A stretch of 64,000 nucleotides of DNA from Octopus bimaculoides. Lineage: Eukaryota. A model generated the notes under the pieces. It saw nothing but the letters and a program-made list of their open reading frames with translations, searched no databases and was not told where the DNA came from. The stretch covers positions 18,182,678 through 18,246,677 of the forward strand of contig NC_068987.1 of assembly GCF_001194135.2 (NCBI RefSeq), given 5' to 3'. The stretch's first letter is position 1, and the number at the start of each line of letters is the position of its first letter. Shown here piece by piece: positions 11,401-26,169 of the stretch. Both the position numbers and the translations under genes were made by a program.

Positions 11401-12773
11401 ACACACACACATATGATAAGCTTCTATGCGGTTTCCATCTATCAAATTCACTCACAAGGCATTGGTCAGCTGAGGGCAACAGCAGAGGACACTTGCCCAA
11501 AGTTCCATGAAATAAACTGGCACTCCATTGGTTAAGACAACAAGGGTTCCAGTTGATCCAATCAACAGAACAGCCTGCTTGTGAAATAAACATGCAGATA
11601 CACTAACCCCTAACATAGTTCTCAGGGAGATTTAGCTTGACACAGAATGCAACAAAGCTGGTCAAGTGAAATATAGGTACAACTCATTCTTGCCAGTTGA
11701 GTGCACTGGAGCAACGTGAAATAAAGTGTCTTGCTCAAGGACACAATGTGCTACCAGGAATCAAATGCATTACCTTACAATTGTGAGTTGAACACACCAA
11801 CCAGTAAGCCACATGCTTTCACTGCATGAAATAGGATTGAACCTGAAACCACTTAGTTGAGAAACAAACTTCTTAAACATACACTCATGCCAAGTTAGTT
11901 ATTTTGACAATGACAATTCATCATCATCATCATCATCGTTTAACATCCACTTTCCATCCTAGCATGGGTTGGACGATTTGACTGAGGACTGGTGAACCAG
12001 ATGGCTACACCAGGCTCCAATCTGATTTGACAGAGTTTCTACAGCTGGATGCCCTTCCTAACGCCAACCACTCCGAGAGTGTAGTGGGTGCTTTTACGTG
12101 CCACCAGCACAAAGGCCAGTCAGGCGTACTGGCAACGGCCACGCTCAAAATGGTGTATTTTACGTGTCACCTGCACAGGAGCCAGTCCAGCGGCACTGGC
12201 AACAATCTCACTCGAATGTCTTTACACGTGCCACCGGTACAAGTGCCAGGAAGGCAACGCTGGGTACAGGTGCCATCACGATTTTGCTTTCGCTTGCCCC
12301 AACAGGTCTTCACAAGCCAAGTTTCGTGTCCAATGAAGGAGACGACGTTAGAAAGTAGAATTTAAAATAGAAAGTTTTAAAAAATTATTAATATCTTACG
12401 TCATCAGTTTCCATAAACTATCTACGAGTTCTTCCGTATTCAATGGACTTGAGTCTCCTTTAAGAAATGGTGGCTTTTTAACAAGCATTTCCATTATTTT
12501 GTGCCTGCAATAAAAACAGTAAAATGTATCTGAGTCAATGATAAGAGTTTCTTCATGATTGCTCAACCAGACAGAAATAGCAGGCACATCACCCCAGCAA
12601 ATCATATAAAAGGAAGGACACAGTGGAAAATTTTCCCCACAATTGTTGATATATGTGTGAGTATATATATATATATATATATACACACATAGGGAGAATT
12701 CACAAAGAAACAAAAGACGAAGACAGGTGGTGTAGAAAACAAACAAATGACAGACATGTCACCTTCCACAGCT

Positions 12774-12817
<44 letters not shown>

Positions 12818-15800
12818 GGGCTTCTTTCAGTTTCCACTAACCAAATCTACTCATGAGGTTTTAGTCAGTCCAAAACTATAAAAGACACCCTTCCAAAGTG
12901 TCATACAGTGGGATTGAACCTGAAATTGCATAGTTGGGAAATGAATTTTTTTAACCACACCACTGCACTGGCACCTATCTTACCATCTTGGTTATGTAAA
13001 GGGCACATTAGATAATGAAGTCCTGCTTACATATCCCTAAAAGACAGCATGGTCAAACCTGGAGTACCTCTAATCATAGATCTGTTAAATCAAGGCTAAC
13101 CTACATCTTAACAACAACCAATGAAGGTCAGAAATATTCAAGTAAATTTAAATAAATTTAAAATATGAATACAGATCTTTACCTGACATATATATCAGGA
13201 TCAGTTTGCATTAAGTTGATCAACCAGTTTAGTTTATCAGCATTGACATCAGCTGCAACAGAAGAAATATTGATAGTTTCTTTAAAATTTCAAACATTTA
13301 AAAAATTCTAAAATATCAACTTCATCCTCATCATCATTCAGTCTTTTAAATCCAGGTTTTGTCCCCATTAACAGGGGTGGCCAGATCTACCTCAATGCCA
13401 TAGAAACCGAGGTAGGCAGGTGCAGCCCACCCCAACCTTTGGGCTGGCTGGCTGGTGCCCATTCTCCTTTGCTATCATGAGGCTTTTTTGGAGATGTTTT
13501 TTCTATGGGGAGCATGCCCTTACTTACTCCCAACCTCAGTTTTTAGACATGAGTGATCCTGAGACGAAGGCTTCTATCATGATTTTTAAGAAATGTCGTG
13601 GAAAACTAGCTCAGGAAGGCAGGAACGCTACTCCCTGAGACCCCTTTTAGAGACCCCTACCTAATGATTTAACATTTGTAAAAAATATACTACTAAAAGC
13701 TTAATTATTCTTATTAGAACAAAACTACAAAATTTAAAGGAAGGTAAAATTTTATGATGTATATTTTAATTTATTCTTTCATATTTTTTCTCAGCAGCAT
13801 AAAAATGAAACAAGCTCAATCGGAAACTGAAACAGATCAAACACTTCATTAGTTATGAAGCTGCTACCTCTTGTTCTAACTAATGTGGTAACTATTCAAA
13901 ATTCACACACACACACACACACACACATATCGTATCGTCGTTTAACGTCCGCTTTCCATGCTAGCATGGGTTGGACGATTTGACTGAGGACTGGTGAACC
14001 AGGAGGCGACACCAGGCTCCAATCTGATTTGGCAGAGTTTCTACAGCTGGATGCCCTTCCTAACGCCAACCACTCCGAGAGTGTAGTGGGTATATGTACA
14101 ATGGGCTTCTTTCAGTTTCCATCAACCAAATCCACTCTTCCTCACTCTTAGATGAAGGGCAAGGACTAAAAACATTACACTTTTCACTCCTTTTGACAAG
14201 TGAACTTACCAAATTCATCTAGAATAAAAGAATGAAAAATCCAATATGATACTCACCACTAATATAGTCGACCAAAGCTTCAAAAGCTGCCAGTCGTGTG
14301 TCTCTGTAAATGCCATATTTTGAATAACTCTCAAATATCTGTGGATCACTGGGGAGGTGACCGTTTTTTTGCAACACACGAATTGCACGAATACAGCTGC
14401 GACACAAAACAAGATGAGGAAAATATCAAAACCAGATGCATGACATCAATAAAATTGCTACCATAGTAACTAAGATTACTATTATGTAGAATGTTTCCTT
14501 ACCTAACACTAACATGGAAATAAAAAGAGGAAAGTGTGAAGGGAGACATCAAAGGAGGAAAACAAGGAGGAAGAGTGAGGTTGAGAGAAAAACAAAAAAA
14601 CATTATGAGGGGAAGATGAAGAGGAGGAGAAGGAGAAGGTGAAGAAGAGGAGAAGATGAAGAGGAGGAGAAGGAGAAGGTGAAGAAGAGAGGAGAAGATG
14701 AAGAAGAGGAGAAGATGAAAAGGAGAGGAGAAGATGAAGAAGAGGAGAAGATGAAGAAGAGGAGAAGGAGAAGAAATCTGAGGGTTAAGATAAGATAGGA
14801 AATAAGTAAGTTTGTTTAACGAATAGCTGACCTGACTGCAACTGTGTGTCGATAACAAGGCAGCAGTTTTTCAAGATTCATGTAACGTGTGATTTCTTCA
14901 AGTATTAGCTTTATGTCAGCTGACAGACTGTCTAGAGTAATTCCAGTGCTGGGGAAGAAGCATCAAGACAAAACAAATAAGAAAATTCAGTTTAGTTAAT
15001 TGCTTAGAAAATTAATCAATGAAATTAAATCACATGTTTGGAAATCAAATTCAAAATGAAAATCACAACTCTTTGATCACAAGACAGACTCTCCCACTCT
15101 CATCATCATCATTGTTTAGCGTCCGCTTCTCCATGCTAGCATGGGTTGGACGATTTGACTGAGGAATGGTGAACCAGATGGCTACACCAGGCTCCAATCT
15201 GATCTGGTAGAGTTTCTACAGCTGGATGCCCTTCCTAACGCCAACCACTCCGAGAGTGTAGTGGGTGTTTTTACGTGCCACCAGCACGAAGGCCGGTCAG
15301 GCAGTACTGGCAACAGCCACGCTCAAAATGGTGTATTTAACGTGCCACCTGCACAGGAGCCAGTCCAGCGGCACTGGCAATGATCTCGCTCGAATGACTC
15401 TTCACGTGCCAGGAACGCGAAGCTGCGGCACAAGTGCCAGGAAGGTGACGCTGGTAACGATCACACTCAAACGGTGGCGCCATCACGATTTCGCTTTCGC
15501 TTGCGCCAACAGGTCTTCGCAAGCAGAGTTTAGTGTCCAATGGAGGAGATGTTGACATGGGGGCCAGTCGTCGAATTTAGTTCGATTTCGATTTCAATTA
15601 CACTTGCTTCAACAGGTCTTCACAAGCGGAGTTTAGTGTCCAATGGAGGAAAGGTACGCATATATGTATATATGTATGTGTGTGTGTGTGTATACACACA
15701 TGCACAAATATATATACATCTGTACAATCACGGTGGCGATTTTCTACAGCAGGATATTTGGGTTGGTTATGGCCAGTTTAAATGCTAAAGGATTAAGTGG

Positions 15801-16986
15801 CTATTATAAGATGAGTGAAGGTTATCCTTACATATCAGCAAAGTAATGGGGAAACAAACAGATAGACACATGTACTATAGCAGTAGGGGCTAGGGCACAA
15901 GGACTTACTTGAGAAGACTGACAGCAGCAACAGCTGGTGTTACAGTAGCAGCAAGTGCATCAATTAACGCAGCACGGTAGTAGTTGTCAGAATACTGCAG
16001 ATATGAAACATATATAGTTTTTAGATAGTTGCAGCTCACAGGATTTACAAAATACAGAAAAACATAAGATATTTAAGAATGACAACAAACACTCTTACAA
16101 GCATGTTTACATCAGTCACCAGTTGTACAAGCAATTATACAGCAACCAACATCATCATACTCTTTTACTTGTTTCAGTCATTTGACTGTGGCCATGCTGG
16201 AGCACCGCCTTTAGCCGAGCAAATCGACCCCAGGACTTATTCTTTGTAAGCCTAGTACTTATTCTATCGGTCTCTTTTGCCGAACCGCTAAGTTACGGGG
16301 ACGTAAACACACCAGCATCGGTTGTCAAGCGATGTTGGGGAGGGACAAACACAGTCACACAAACATATACACACACACATACATACATATATATATAAAA
16401 ATTTAAGGAATGGAGTAAACGCACGTTATTACTGCATACTTTATTCCGACATATGTTTCGAAGAATTACAATTTATGCGATCCATNNNNNNNNNNNNNNN
16501 NNNNNNNNNNNNNNNNNNNNNNNNNNNNNNNNNNNNNNNNNNNNNNNNNNNNNNNNNNNNNNNNNNNNNNNNNNNNNNNNNNNNNNNNNNNNNNNNNNNN
16601 NNNNNNNNNNNNNNNNNNNNNNNNNNNNNNNNNNNNNNNNNNNNNNNNNNNNNNNNNNNNNNNNNNNNNNNNNNNNNNNNNNNNNNNNNNNNNNNNNNNN
16701 NNNNNNNNNNNNNNNNNNNNNNNNNNNNNNNNNNNNNNNNNNNNNNNNNNNNNNNNNNNNNNNNNNNNNNNNNNNNNNNNNNNNNNNNNNNNNNNNNNNN
16801 NNNNNNNNNNNNNNNNNNNNNNTAAATTTTTATATATACTCAAATACCCAAAATATCAAGGAGTTTCTGCCTCACTAACAGGAATTACACCAGTTATTTT
16901 GTGATCTTTGCTACCTTGGTTTCTATTAACCCATTTATTCTATCCGAATTATTATTTATTAGGATAAAATAAATACATATAATTAA

Positions 16987-17025
<39 letters not shown>

Positions 17026-20000
17026 GATACAAAAAATGCATGAAAAATACAATCACAAACCAATCACTAATAACATTTTTTTTTGCTTTCTTCTGTATAT
17101 TTTCAGTTGACTCAGAAGTAATATTTACTTATTCAAGCAATCAACTTACTTTGTTTTTAGAATTATCGTTATATTTGAAGAGGTCAAGAAGAAATTTCAG
17201 TACATCATTGGGGCAAATATTGTGAATGTTACGTAAGCGAGCCATTGCACAGGGAATCGTCTGTAATGAAATTAAAAGCAGAAGCATTCATAAAGGTAAT
17301 TTGGTAAATGCAGAACACTTCTCAATAACAAAAACAAAAGGTTTTTTTGAATTTTGAAGAATGGTCTAAATTTGTTTTTAACCACTTACTGCAGTACCCC
17401 ACAGTCCAATGACTGAAACAAGGAAAGAAAATAGACAAGTAAAGGAATAATTTGAAACAAGTAATGATTTCTATGAGCCAATAAAGGGACCATTATGTGA
17501 TCACTGAATTGGCTAGAAATAGCAGCAAAAATCTATTGGGTATGAGCTGTGTCTTAGGAAAATAAAACATATTGGATAATGTTATCTTAGGTACACAAAG
17601 CCAAGCAAAAAAAAAGATGAATAAAAACCTAGATGATAGTCAAGGCTGTATCATCTCTGATTCTTTGATCTACTTGGCTGGGATCGGCCTCAGGGGCTCA
17701 ACAATAACAACAACAACAATTCAAGGAAAAATACAAACTCTTTCTTACTTTGAGTAAAAAATATTGCTGAAAATTAGAGAAGTTGTTCTGTCGAATGATC
17801 ATTGGACACGAATAGGACCCAAACATCTTTCTGAAGATTGTCATCATGGCTGGAGGTCCGGCCCAGCTTGACACCATGGCATTAGCAACCTACAAATAAA
17901 CATTGATTTCTCACATTGACAGAATAAATAGGAAAAGTGAGATCATGCATGATTCATGCCTGTCTTTGTCAAAGTAACTCGAGGGAACTAGCTACAACAT
18001 AGAGCAATGAATTTTTTTTTCTGACATCCTCTTTCATTTCCCTAATGATTAGTCTAATATAAGTGATGTTATGCAATCAATTTGTCACCCAACAAGCCAA
18101 GTTGTTGTTTCATTTTGGTCAATCAAGTACTTATCAACTTTGGTAAAATACAAGACTTCATCCACATAGGTAAGACTACAAACAACAAGCACCAGAACTG
18201 AATGCCTTATAAGTTGTTAATGTTTTCAAAATACAAGACTAAGAATACTTAAGTAAGACTGCAAATAATAAGTGTAGAAAATGGTGCCTTTCAAGATGCA
18301 AATGTCTCCAAAATACAAAATCTGGGCAAATCTGCAATCAATATATACTGGAACTCGGTGCCTTTTAAGATGTTAATGTCTTGAATAAAAAAAATTTAAA
18401 AAAACAACAACAGCAGCTACTGTCGTAGCTGCCACCACCATCATCATCATCACCATTTAGCATCTGCTTTCCATGCTGGCATGGGTTAAACAGTTCGACT
18501 GAAACTGGTAAGCTGCACCAGGTTCCAATCTGATTTGGCATGCTTTCTGTAAGTGAATGCCTTTCCTAATGCCAACCACTCCAAAAGTGTAATGGGTGTT
18601 TTTTTTAGCACAGGTGCTAGTTATGGGACACTAGTATCGGCTACGACTACAATTTCACTGGGCTTGACAAGTCTTCTCAAAGGTCTCGGTCACTTATTAC
18701 CTCTGTGAGGCCCAACATTCAAAGAGTGCTTTATATGTACCATCATCACAGGTGCCTAAGAATATTTAGGCACCAGAAAACTGAAAGTAAATACTGATTT
18801 TTAATCCATATTCCTCTGGGAAAGACACCACACAATTACGAGTAACTTTATGGGGTCCCTAAAAAAATTTTGCTTTAGATGTAAATATTGGTGTGTATTG
18901 CAAGCAACAGCTAGATTGCTTTCCCTAACATTTTACACAGGTCAACCTACACTTTAACTTGTGAAAATCAAAATAGGAATTTTGGAAGATATTTATATAA
19001 AACTAGTTTTTAAACTCAGAATGACAATAGGGATCCACCAGAATAAAATAGTTATCAAAGGAGTCCATAGAAAAAAAATGCTTGAGAACCCCTGCTATAA
19101 ACCTTCTTCTTGCTTATTTCCAAATATTCATTCATGTCTATTTAAGGAAATATTAGCTATAGTGATTAATATAATAAAAGTCATTCACTTACTTTGGCAA
19201 GGCAGAAGCATGCTTCCATTCTAACCTTACAAAAACACTGTTCATTCTCAAGGGTATCAGTTAAAGCCATCCGGGTTGCAGGTGTTGAGTAGGCAACTAG
19301 AGCAGCGATAGCCTTGAAAGAGATGGAAAACAGTAGCAGCATTAAAATCATCATCATTTAGCATCCATTGTCTATGCTGGCATTGGTTGGACGGTTTGAC
19401 CAGGGCTGGTAAGCTGAGGGGCTGCACCAGACTCCAGTCTGATTTGGCATGGTTTTCTACGGCTGGATGCTCTTCCTAACGCCAACCACTCCAAGAGTGT
19501 AATAGGTGCTTTTATGTGTCACCAGCACAGGTGCCAGTTGCGCGACACCAGTATCTGCCACAATTACCATTTCACATGGCTCAATGAGTCTCCCTTCTCA
19601 AGCACAGCATAATGTCAAAGGTCTCATTACCTCCATGAGGCCCAGTGCTTGAAAGGTGCTTTTTACGTGCCACTGGCACGATATTCACTTGCAAACACAC
19701 ACATATATTATTTAACACCCGTCTTCTATGCTGGCATAGGTTGGACAGTTTAACAGGATCTGACAAATCAGAAGACTGCATTATGTTCCAATGGTTTCTA
19801 TGGCTGGGTGCCTTTCCTAACAACAACCATTTTACAGTGTGTACTAGGGTCCAACTTACAATGATAAGGGCCCAATATGGCTCCCTATAACTTAATGAGA
19901 ATAAAATAGAGAGTGGGTAATGATTCTAGACAGGAGGATGAGAAATGGTAAAAAAAGAGTCAGGCGGGGGGAACAGGGGAGGGGGAGAGAGGGGTTAGTG

Positions 20001-20786
20001 ATATGGGTTATTGACAAAAAGGGAGGGACACAATGAAAAGGTGATAGGGAGGGATGTATAAGGATGGCGGGGAGGGGGCTGATCTAGTCCTATCCAACCT
20101 TGTAAGGGGTGAGTATGCGAGGGATAAGGAAAAAGGAAGGGAGTAATATGACTCAGGTGGAAAGGAATCCTAATGGAGTCATTGAAGGAAAGAGATATGG
20201 ATTGGGGTCATGGGTGTGGGTAAGAGGAGGAAAAATGTGTAAGGGTACTGAGAGGGCAGAGAAGCTTTGGTGGAGAGGGCAGTGAGAGAAAAGGGGGTAG
20301 GTGATGAAGGGCAACAAAGAGATGCCAGAGTATACCATAGAACAGTGCTTCTCAAACTATCTGATGTTGCATACCAGCAGTTTTCATTTTCCAATGTGCA
20401 AGGGACCGGTAATATTTCTAATCATCATCATCCTCATCATCGTTTAACGTCCGCTTTCCATGCTAGCATGGGTTGGACTTAATAATATTCTTAATAATAT
20501 TAATTTATACCGGAAACAATATATATAATGAATATAATAAAAGTTGACAATTTTTTTAATCTTATATATATTCTGTAAACAAATAATACAATATTACATC
20601 AGCATTTTATAAGCATTTTACAATGTTGCTTTCTTTTCTGGAAACTCACTGCGTACCGGCGGCTGATGGCTTGCAGACCACCATTTTGAGTAGCACTGCC
20701 ATAAAGNNNNNNNNNNNNNNNNNNNNNNNNNNNNNNNNNNNNNNNNNNNGCATAATGTGTATGCCACAAAAGCATATATAAAATAT

Positions 20787-20819
<33 letters not shown>

Positions 20820-23800
20820 GTTTAACGTCCGCCTTCCATGCTAGCATGGGTTGGACGATTTGACTGAGGACTGGTGAAACCGGATGGCAACACCAGGCTC
20901 CAATCTAATTTGGCAGTTTCTACAGCTGGATGCCCTTCCTAACGCCAACCACTCAGAGAGTGTAGTGGGTGCTTTTACGTGTCACCCATATGAACTTTAG
21001 ATTAGTTAAAATATGTTTGTGACAAATTCACTGCAGTTACCATGCAGAGAAAATTCTCTCTTATGAGAGAGGTGTAAAAACATTATATCTACCCAGTGCT
21101 TCCCCTTACAAGATTCCCAGATGCACCATTCTGATTCTTCAGCTACCCTGACACACACCTGTCTTGCAATGCAAGACTTGAAAAGTTAAATGGCTAGAAC
21201 AAGTCTTCTACAATAGTTTATTTCTTTTTACTTTTCTGAATTTATTTTATCGGAAACTCCTTTAGCAGGAGAAGTTAGGGAAGAAAAGACAAAAAAAGGA
21301 AACCCAATGCTGAACTTACTTCACACTGTGCAACTACATCACGTTCATATTTCAGCTGATATTGCCACATGTAGTCAGGCTGTTCCCAAGCAACTTGTCT
21401 TAGCAGCGTCATGTCGGGGTCCACACGTAACCACAAAACAGGAGAATCAGCACTAAAAAGCAATTAAAAACATAAAAAGAAAAATATTATATACATACAC
21501 ATAAAGCAACAAGATATCTATAGTATAGAAAAAATGTAAGAATTTAAAGAATATAAGAATTAACCCTTTTGTCGTCATTTTTCTATTTAAGTACACTGAA
21601 TTTGTTTCAATTAATTTTGAAAATAATGAGGAATTTAGTAAAATAACTTTGACATTGTTAGGCTAGTGTTTGGAACATAAACATGAAAAATTTTGAGAAG
21701 GTTCTAAATTAGATTACTTTAACCTTTTTGCAGGCATATTTCTCCATATTTCTCATTGTCTTTGTTTCAATTAATTTTGAAAATAATGAAGAACTTAGTA
21801 AAATAATTTTGACATTATTAATCTGATGTTTCTTTTGGAACATAAAGTAACATGAAATTTTGTTAAGGTTTAAATTTAGATCACTATAAAACAGAAAGTT
21901 TCTATCATAGAACAAAGTGTATTCTCAGACAGGTTGGGTATCAAAAACAGGTTAAGAATTGGTTAAGAATCTAAAAGAACAATTCTAATTCTTTGATATA
22001 TTTATAGAATAAACACAAGCATATAATATTCTTACTCCATAGCACTGAGATCCATGTCTACTTCTTCTCCTGTCATCAACGGAATCTTCTTCTTTTTGTT
22101 TCTGGAAAACAACAAACAAAAATAAATGAGTGGGAAAAACAAATTAGATATTTTTCAAACTTCCTCAACTTCTGTCAACATCATTATGGAATGTATGCAA
22201 TGTAGAGAAAAATAGATTTCAATGAATATGCCAGAGTACTAGCATATATTAAGTAGTAAATCTCTTGAGAATATTCTCTCAGTTTTATTAGAAATTAATT
22301 TATCATATTTGATGGTTTATAAGGCATGATTCTTTTTTGACAAAAATGTCCCAGAAAATTTGCCTGTGACTTATAAACTCACGGTTAGGCTTAAGGTTAC
22401 TAGCAAATGGTGGTTCAAGACAGGGCCTGCTAAAATGAAGGAGACATTTTCTAATCTTATATACCTTGTAAGCTATCAAATGCAGTAGTCTTAAGCAAAG
22501 GAAAAAGACAACTGCACCATAAAATAGCTTCAACTGGGATATGTCCTTTAAGTTATCCAACCTGCTAGAAGGAGCAGCTATGCCTCATTCAAATTACACT
22601 ACTATCTTACATAGAAAAACAAAATTTTAAAAAGGCCACATTCAGTGATGTAGTCCAAGAAATACAATGTCTGAACTAGAAATAGGATGGAATAACTGAA
22701 GAAACAGGCACAGATCAAGGAATGGGAGAGAAAAGAAAAAGAACAACAATAACCAATAACTGATTGCAAGATGTTTTCCAGAGAATAACAAAGTCTTCAG
22801 TCAACTCACCGCCGGCTTTTGGAATGGCAGGTAATCTCAAATTTAGTTTTGTTTTCCTCAATTTTGAAATTGTGACTGAAAGAGCCGTCTAGTTCTTGAA
22901 TAATCACAGTGAGAGGACCCTGAAATGAAATGGGGAATAAGAAATGAGACAAGCGATGTTAATAGGTTAATTAGTTGGAAAGGAATAATGTAGAATAACA
23001 CAGGAATTAATAAGCGAAAAGAAATGAAAATAAAAATGTCATGACAATAAAGGCGCCCTTTCCTGCTGTCCAAGGTCACAGATCAACCTACATCATAGCA
23101 AGAAACTCAAAAGAGGACAGCAATGGCAAACTCCCTCATTCACCAAAAAGCCAATCGCATAAGAATGGCCACTGAAAAGGTGATAACACTGGCAGTGCCC
23201 CAGCAAGGCCACAGCCTTTTGGCTGAAATGCATAAAAGAATAAATATATATTCTATACATATATATTTTTTTTATACATACATATACATATTCTATACAT
23301 ACATACATATATATATCTAGTTTATACAAATCGCAGCATGTGTGTGAATAATGACTAAAGCATACATTTCCACAATTCTCAACCAATTTTCACCAAACTT
23401 TACACACACATTACTTATGTCCCGAGGATGGCCATGCACTATAACATTTTGTACAGAGCTCCTGCATAAATGGACATAGTTTTTAGTATGTAGGGTCTTC
23501 CATACTTCTTAAATCTTTTTCTAAAAGTGAAAGGATTTTTATCTATTTATTTCGACTGTCCACCTGCAACGTTTATTAAATTGACTAGGAACACTGTACG
23601 TGATGAATATCCAATACCAAACAATCTTAATCTCCATACTTTAACTGCATTAAACTTTGGCAATCTTACCTTTACCTATTCTGAGTTACTTGAAAGGTGA
23701 TGTTCCCTTCCTTCTCTTCTATTTATTGTTGCCTTTGTTTACCTACCATTGCATTTTTTCACTTAAAGGATGCTTATTTACCCATCCATTATGATATTTC

Positions 23801-26135
23801 AAACTGTTGTCCATTGTTTCAAATACATTTTAACATTATCATTCAAGCCTTTTTTAATCGCATATGATTCGTCCCAAAGATAAGAGTTTTGGGCAGAGTC
23901 ATGATGTAAGCACGTGCTAAAACCCCTCATAACATCTTTTATTTTTATGAATTTATACAAATTTTTTTCGATTCTGTCTTCTGCATCATGGAATTTGACA
24001 CGATTATGCAACAAAAAATTTGTAAAACTACTATATTTTGAAGTCGTTATCTGTAATCTACTCCCAAAACACTTCAGTAGCTCTACTTTGCATCACTCGC
24101 AAACTTATATGTTCTATGATCATTAAAATACAATGACATCCACAATAACCACCCTTCAATTTGATTTTCCGTTCCTAGGTTAATCGGGAACAAAGATTGC
24201 CGTGCTACTCATAAACCTTCTCGGTAGTTCAATTATTTGGGGGAAAAAATACCACCAAAGCAACTTAAACCATCTAAAGGATGAGTGCATTTGCTAGTAT
24301 ATCATATACCCAGATGTTAAATGATGATGATCGCTAACCACTACACACATTTTTTTTTTCTCCTTGTTTCTTCCTGTGGAAGAGCGTAAGCTTGAAACGT
24401 TAAAGACTTTTACAATTCCCGAGTGTTATACTAATACATCTGTTTGTTTTCTACACCACCTGTCTTTGTCTTTTGTTTTTTTGTGAATTCTTCCTATATA
24501 TATATATATATATATGCTAGCATGGAAGGCGGATGTTAAACAATGATGATATACATCCCAACAACCAAAGAGAAGCATATATTATATAATATACATTTAT
24601 ATATGTCTGTCTGTGTCTGTATGTGCGTCTGTGTAAGCTACTGCATCAAACTGGGGTTCAACAACAATAACAACAGTGAATAGTAGTTATGTGACATCAT
24701 AATAACTTACCACATATTTCAAGGATCCTTTAGCTGTATAATCTTGTTTGATTTCAAGCTCAACTACATTCCTTTTGCGGTTGAACACAAAATTCCCCAT
24801 GAAGCGTGCACAGCCACTCTGACATCTGACGACGAATTAAGGACCACTGGATGTAACACTATACAGTACTACAGAATATATCAGCAAACAACTACTTCAA
24901 CACTATATAATTTATAGATATAAAAGTTTTGTCTTTATATATAGTATCCCTGTGAATAAAGAAAAAGAGATCAGCAGGAAGAATTTTATCAACCAGAGTA
25001 CCCTCTTTAACTATCTACAGAAATCCTGCTGATAAACCTACTATTTGCTGGGTAGTAGACTTGTAACCAGTAATTGAGCATCTTCATATTGATGGGTGCA
25101 AAGGGTCTTGGTTCCCAAGGTGGCTGTTCAGGCCAAGAGTAATATAGAAGAGCTGAGGACATTTATCACAGGGGAGAGTTAATGGGGGACAAGGAAGTGC
25201 GAGTTACTCTTTNNNNNNNNNNNNNNNNNNNNNNNNNNNNNNNNNNNNNNNNNNNNNNNNNNNNNNNNNNNNNNNNNNNNNNNNNNNNNNNNNNNNNNNN
25301 NNNNNNNNNNNNNNNNNNNNNNNNNNNNNNNNNNNNNNNNNNNNNNNNNNNNNNNNNNNNNNNNNNNNNNNNNNNNNNNNNNNNNNNNNNGATTCCCAGA
25401 CTGGGCGTTGTGAGTGTTTATTGAGCGAAAACACCTAAAGCTCCACGAGGCTCCGACAGGGGATGGTAGCGAACCCTGCTGTACTCTTTCACCACAACTT
25501 TCCCTCACTCTTACTTCCTGTTTCTGTTGTGCCTGTAATTCAAAGGGTCAGCCTTGTCACACTGTGTCACACTGAATATCCCTGAGAACTACGTTAAGGG
25601 TACACGTGTCTGTGGAGTGCTCAGCCACTTGCACATTAATTTCACGAGCAGGCTGTTCCATTGATCGGATCAACTAGAACCCTCGACGCCGTAAGCGACG
25701 GAGTGCCAACAACATTTTCCATCAAATCAATTCTCTCAACAATGACATGCTGCCACTTTGGGTGGCCCTTGGCAATTGTCTCCTAGATATTTGAGTTACT
25801 GGAGCAGTGGAGGAGAGTGGCCTTGAGCTGGTCACAGAAACTGAATTTGAGGGCTTTGTGTGGTCTGGTGCCTGAGGCTAACTCCATGAAAAGGAGTTGG
25901 CAGGGGAGGCACATCTGAAGCATACAAATGAAGTGTCCCAACCAGCAGGCGCAATGTCATGCCACAGTGGCTTTAATGCTGGACAATCCCACTACTATTA
26001 ATAACAAAGCAAATAAATAGAATAGATTGGATAATGAAAATGATAAATATGAAGAAATGATAAATAAATTGGATGATGGTTGACTTGCAGAGTGAAGACA
26101 TTCCTGACAGCTAGTTCAAGTGTGCCAATCAAGAT

Positions 26136-26169
<34 letters not shown>

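Noticed and set aside
19890-20335. G/A-rich block (also 31200-31480) as a coding or G-quadruplex regulatory element
   Set aside because: Its ORFs are short and low-complexity. It is more likely a decayed retroelement UTR, and I cannot classify it from sequence alone.
24365-24400. Hammerhead-like GAAGAGCGTAAGCTTGAAACGTT in a probable Penelope-type terminal repeat; also 860-890
   Set aside because: No CUGANGA core in register with the stem (24365), or no stem II/III pairing (860-890), so a ribozyme is not supported.
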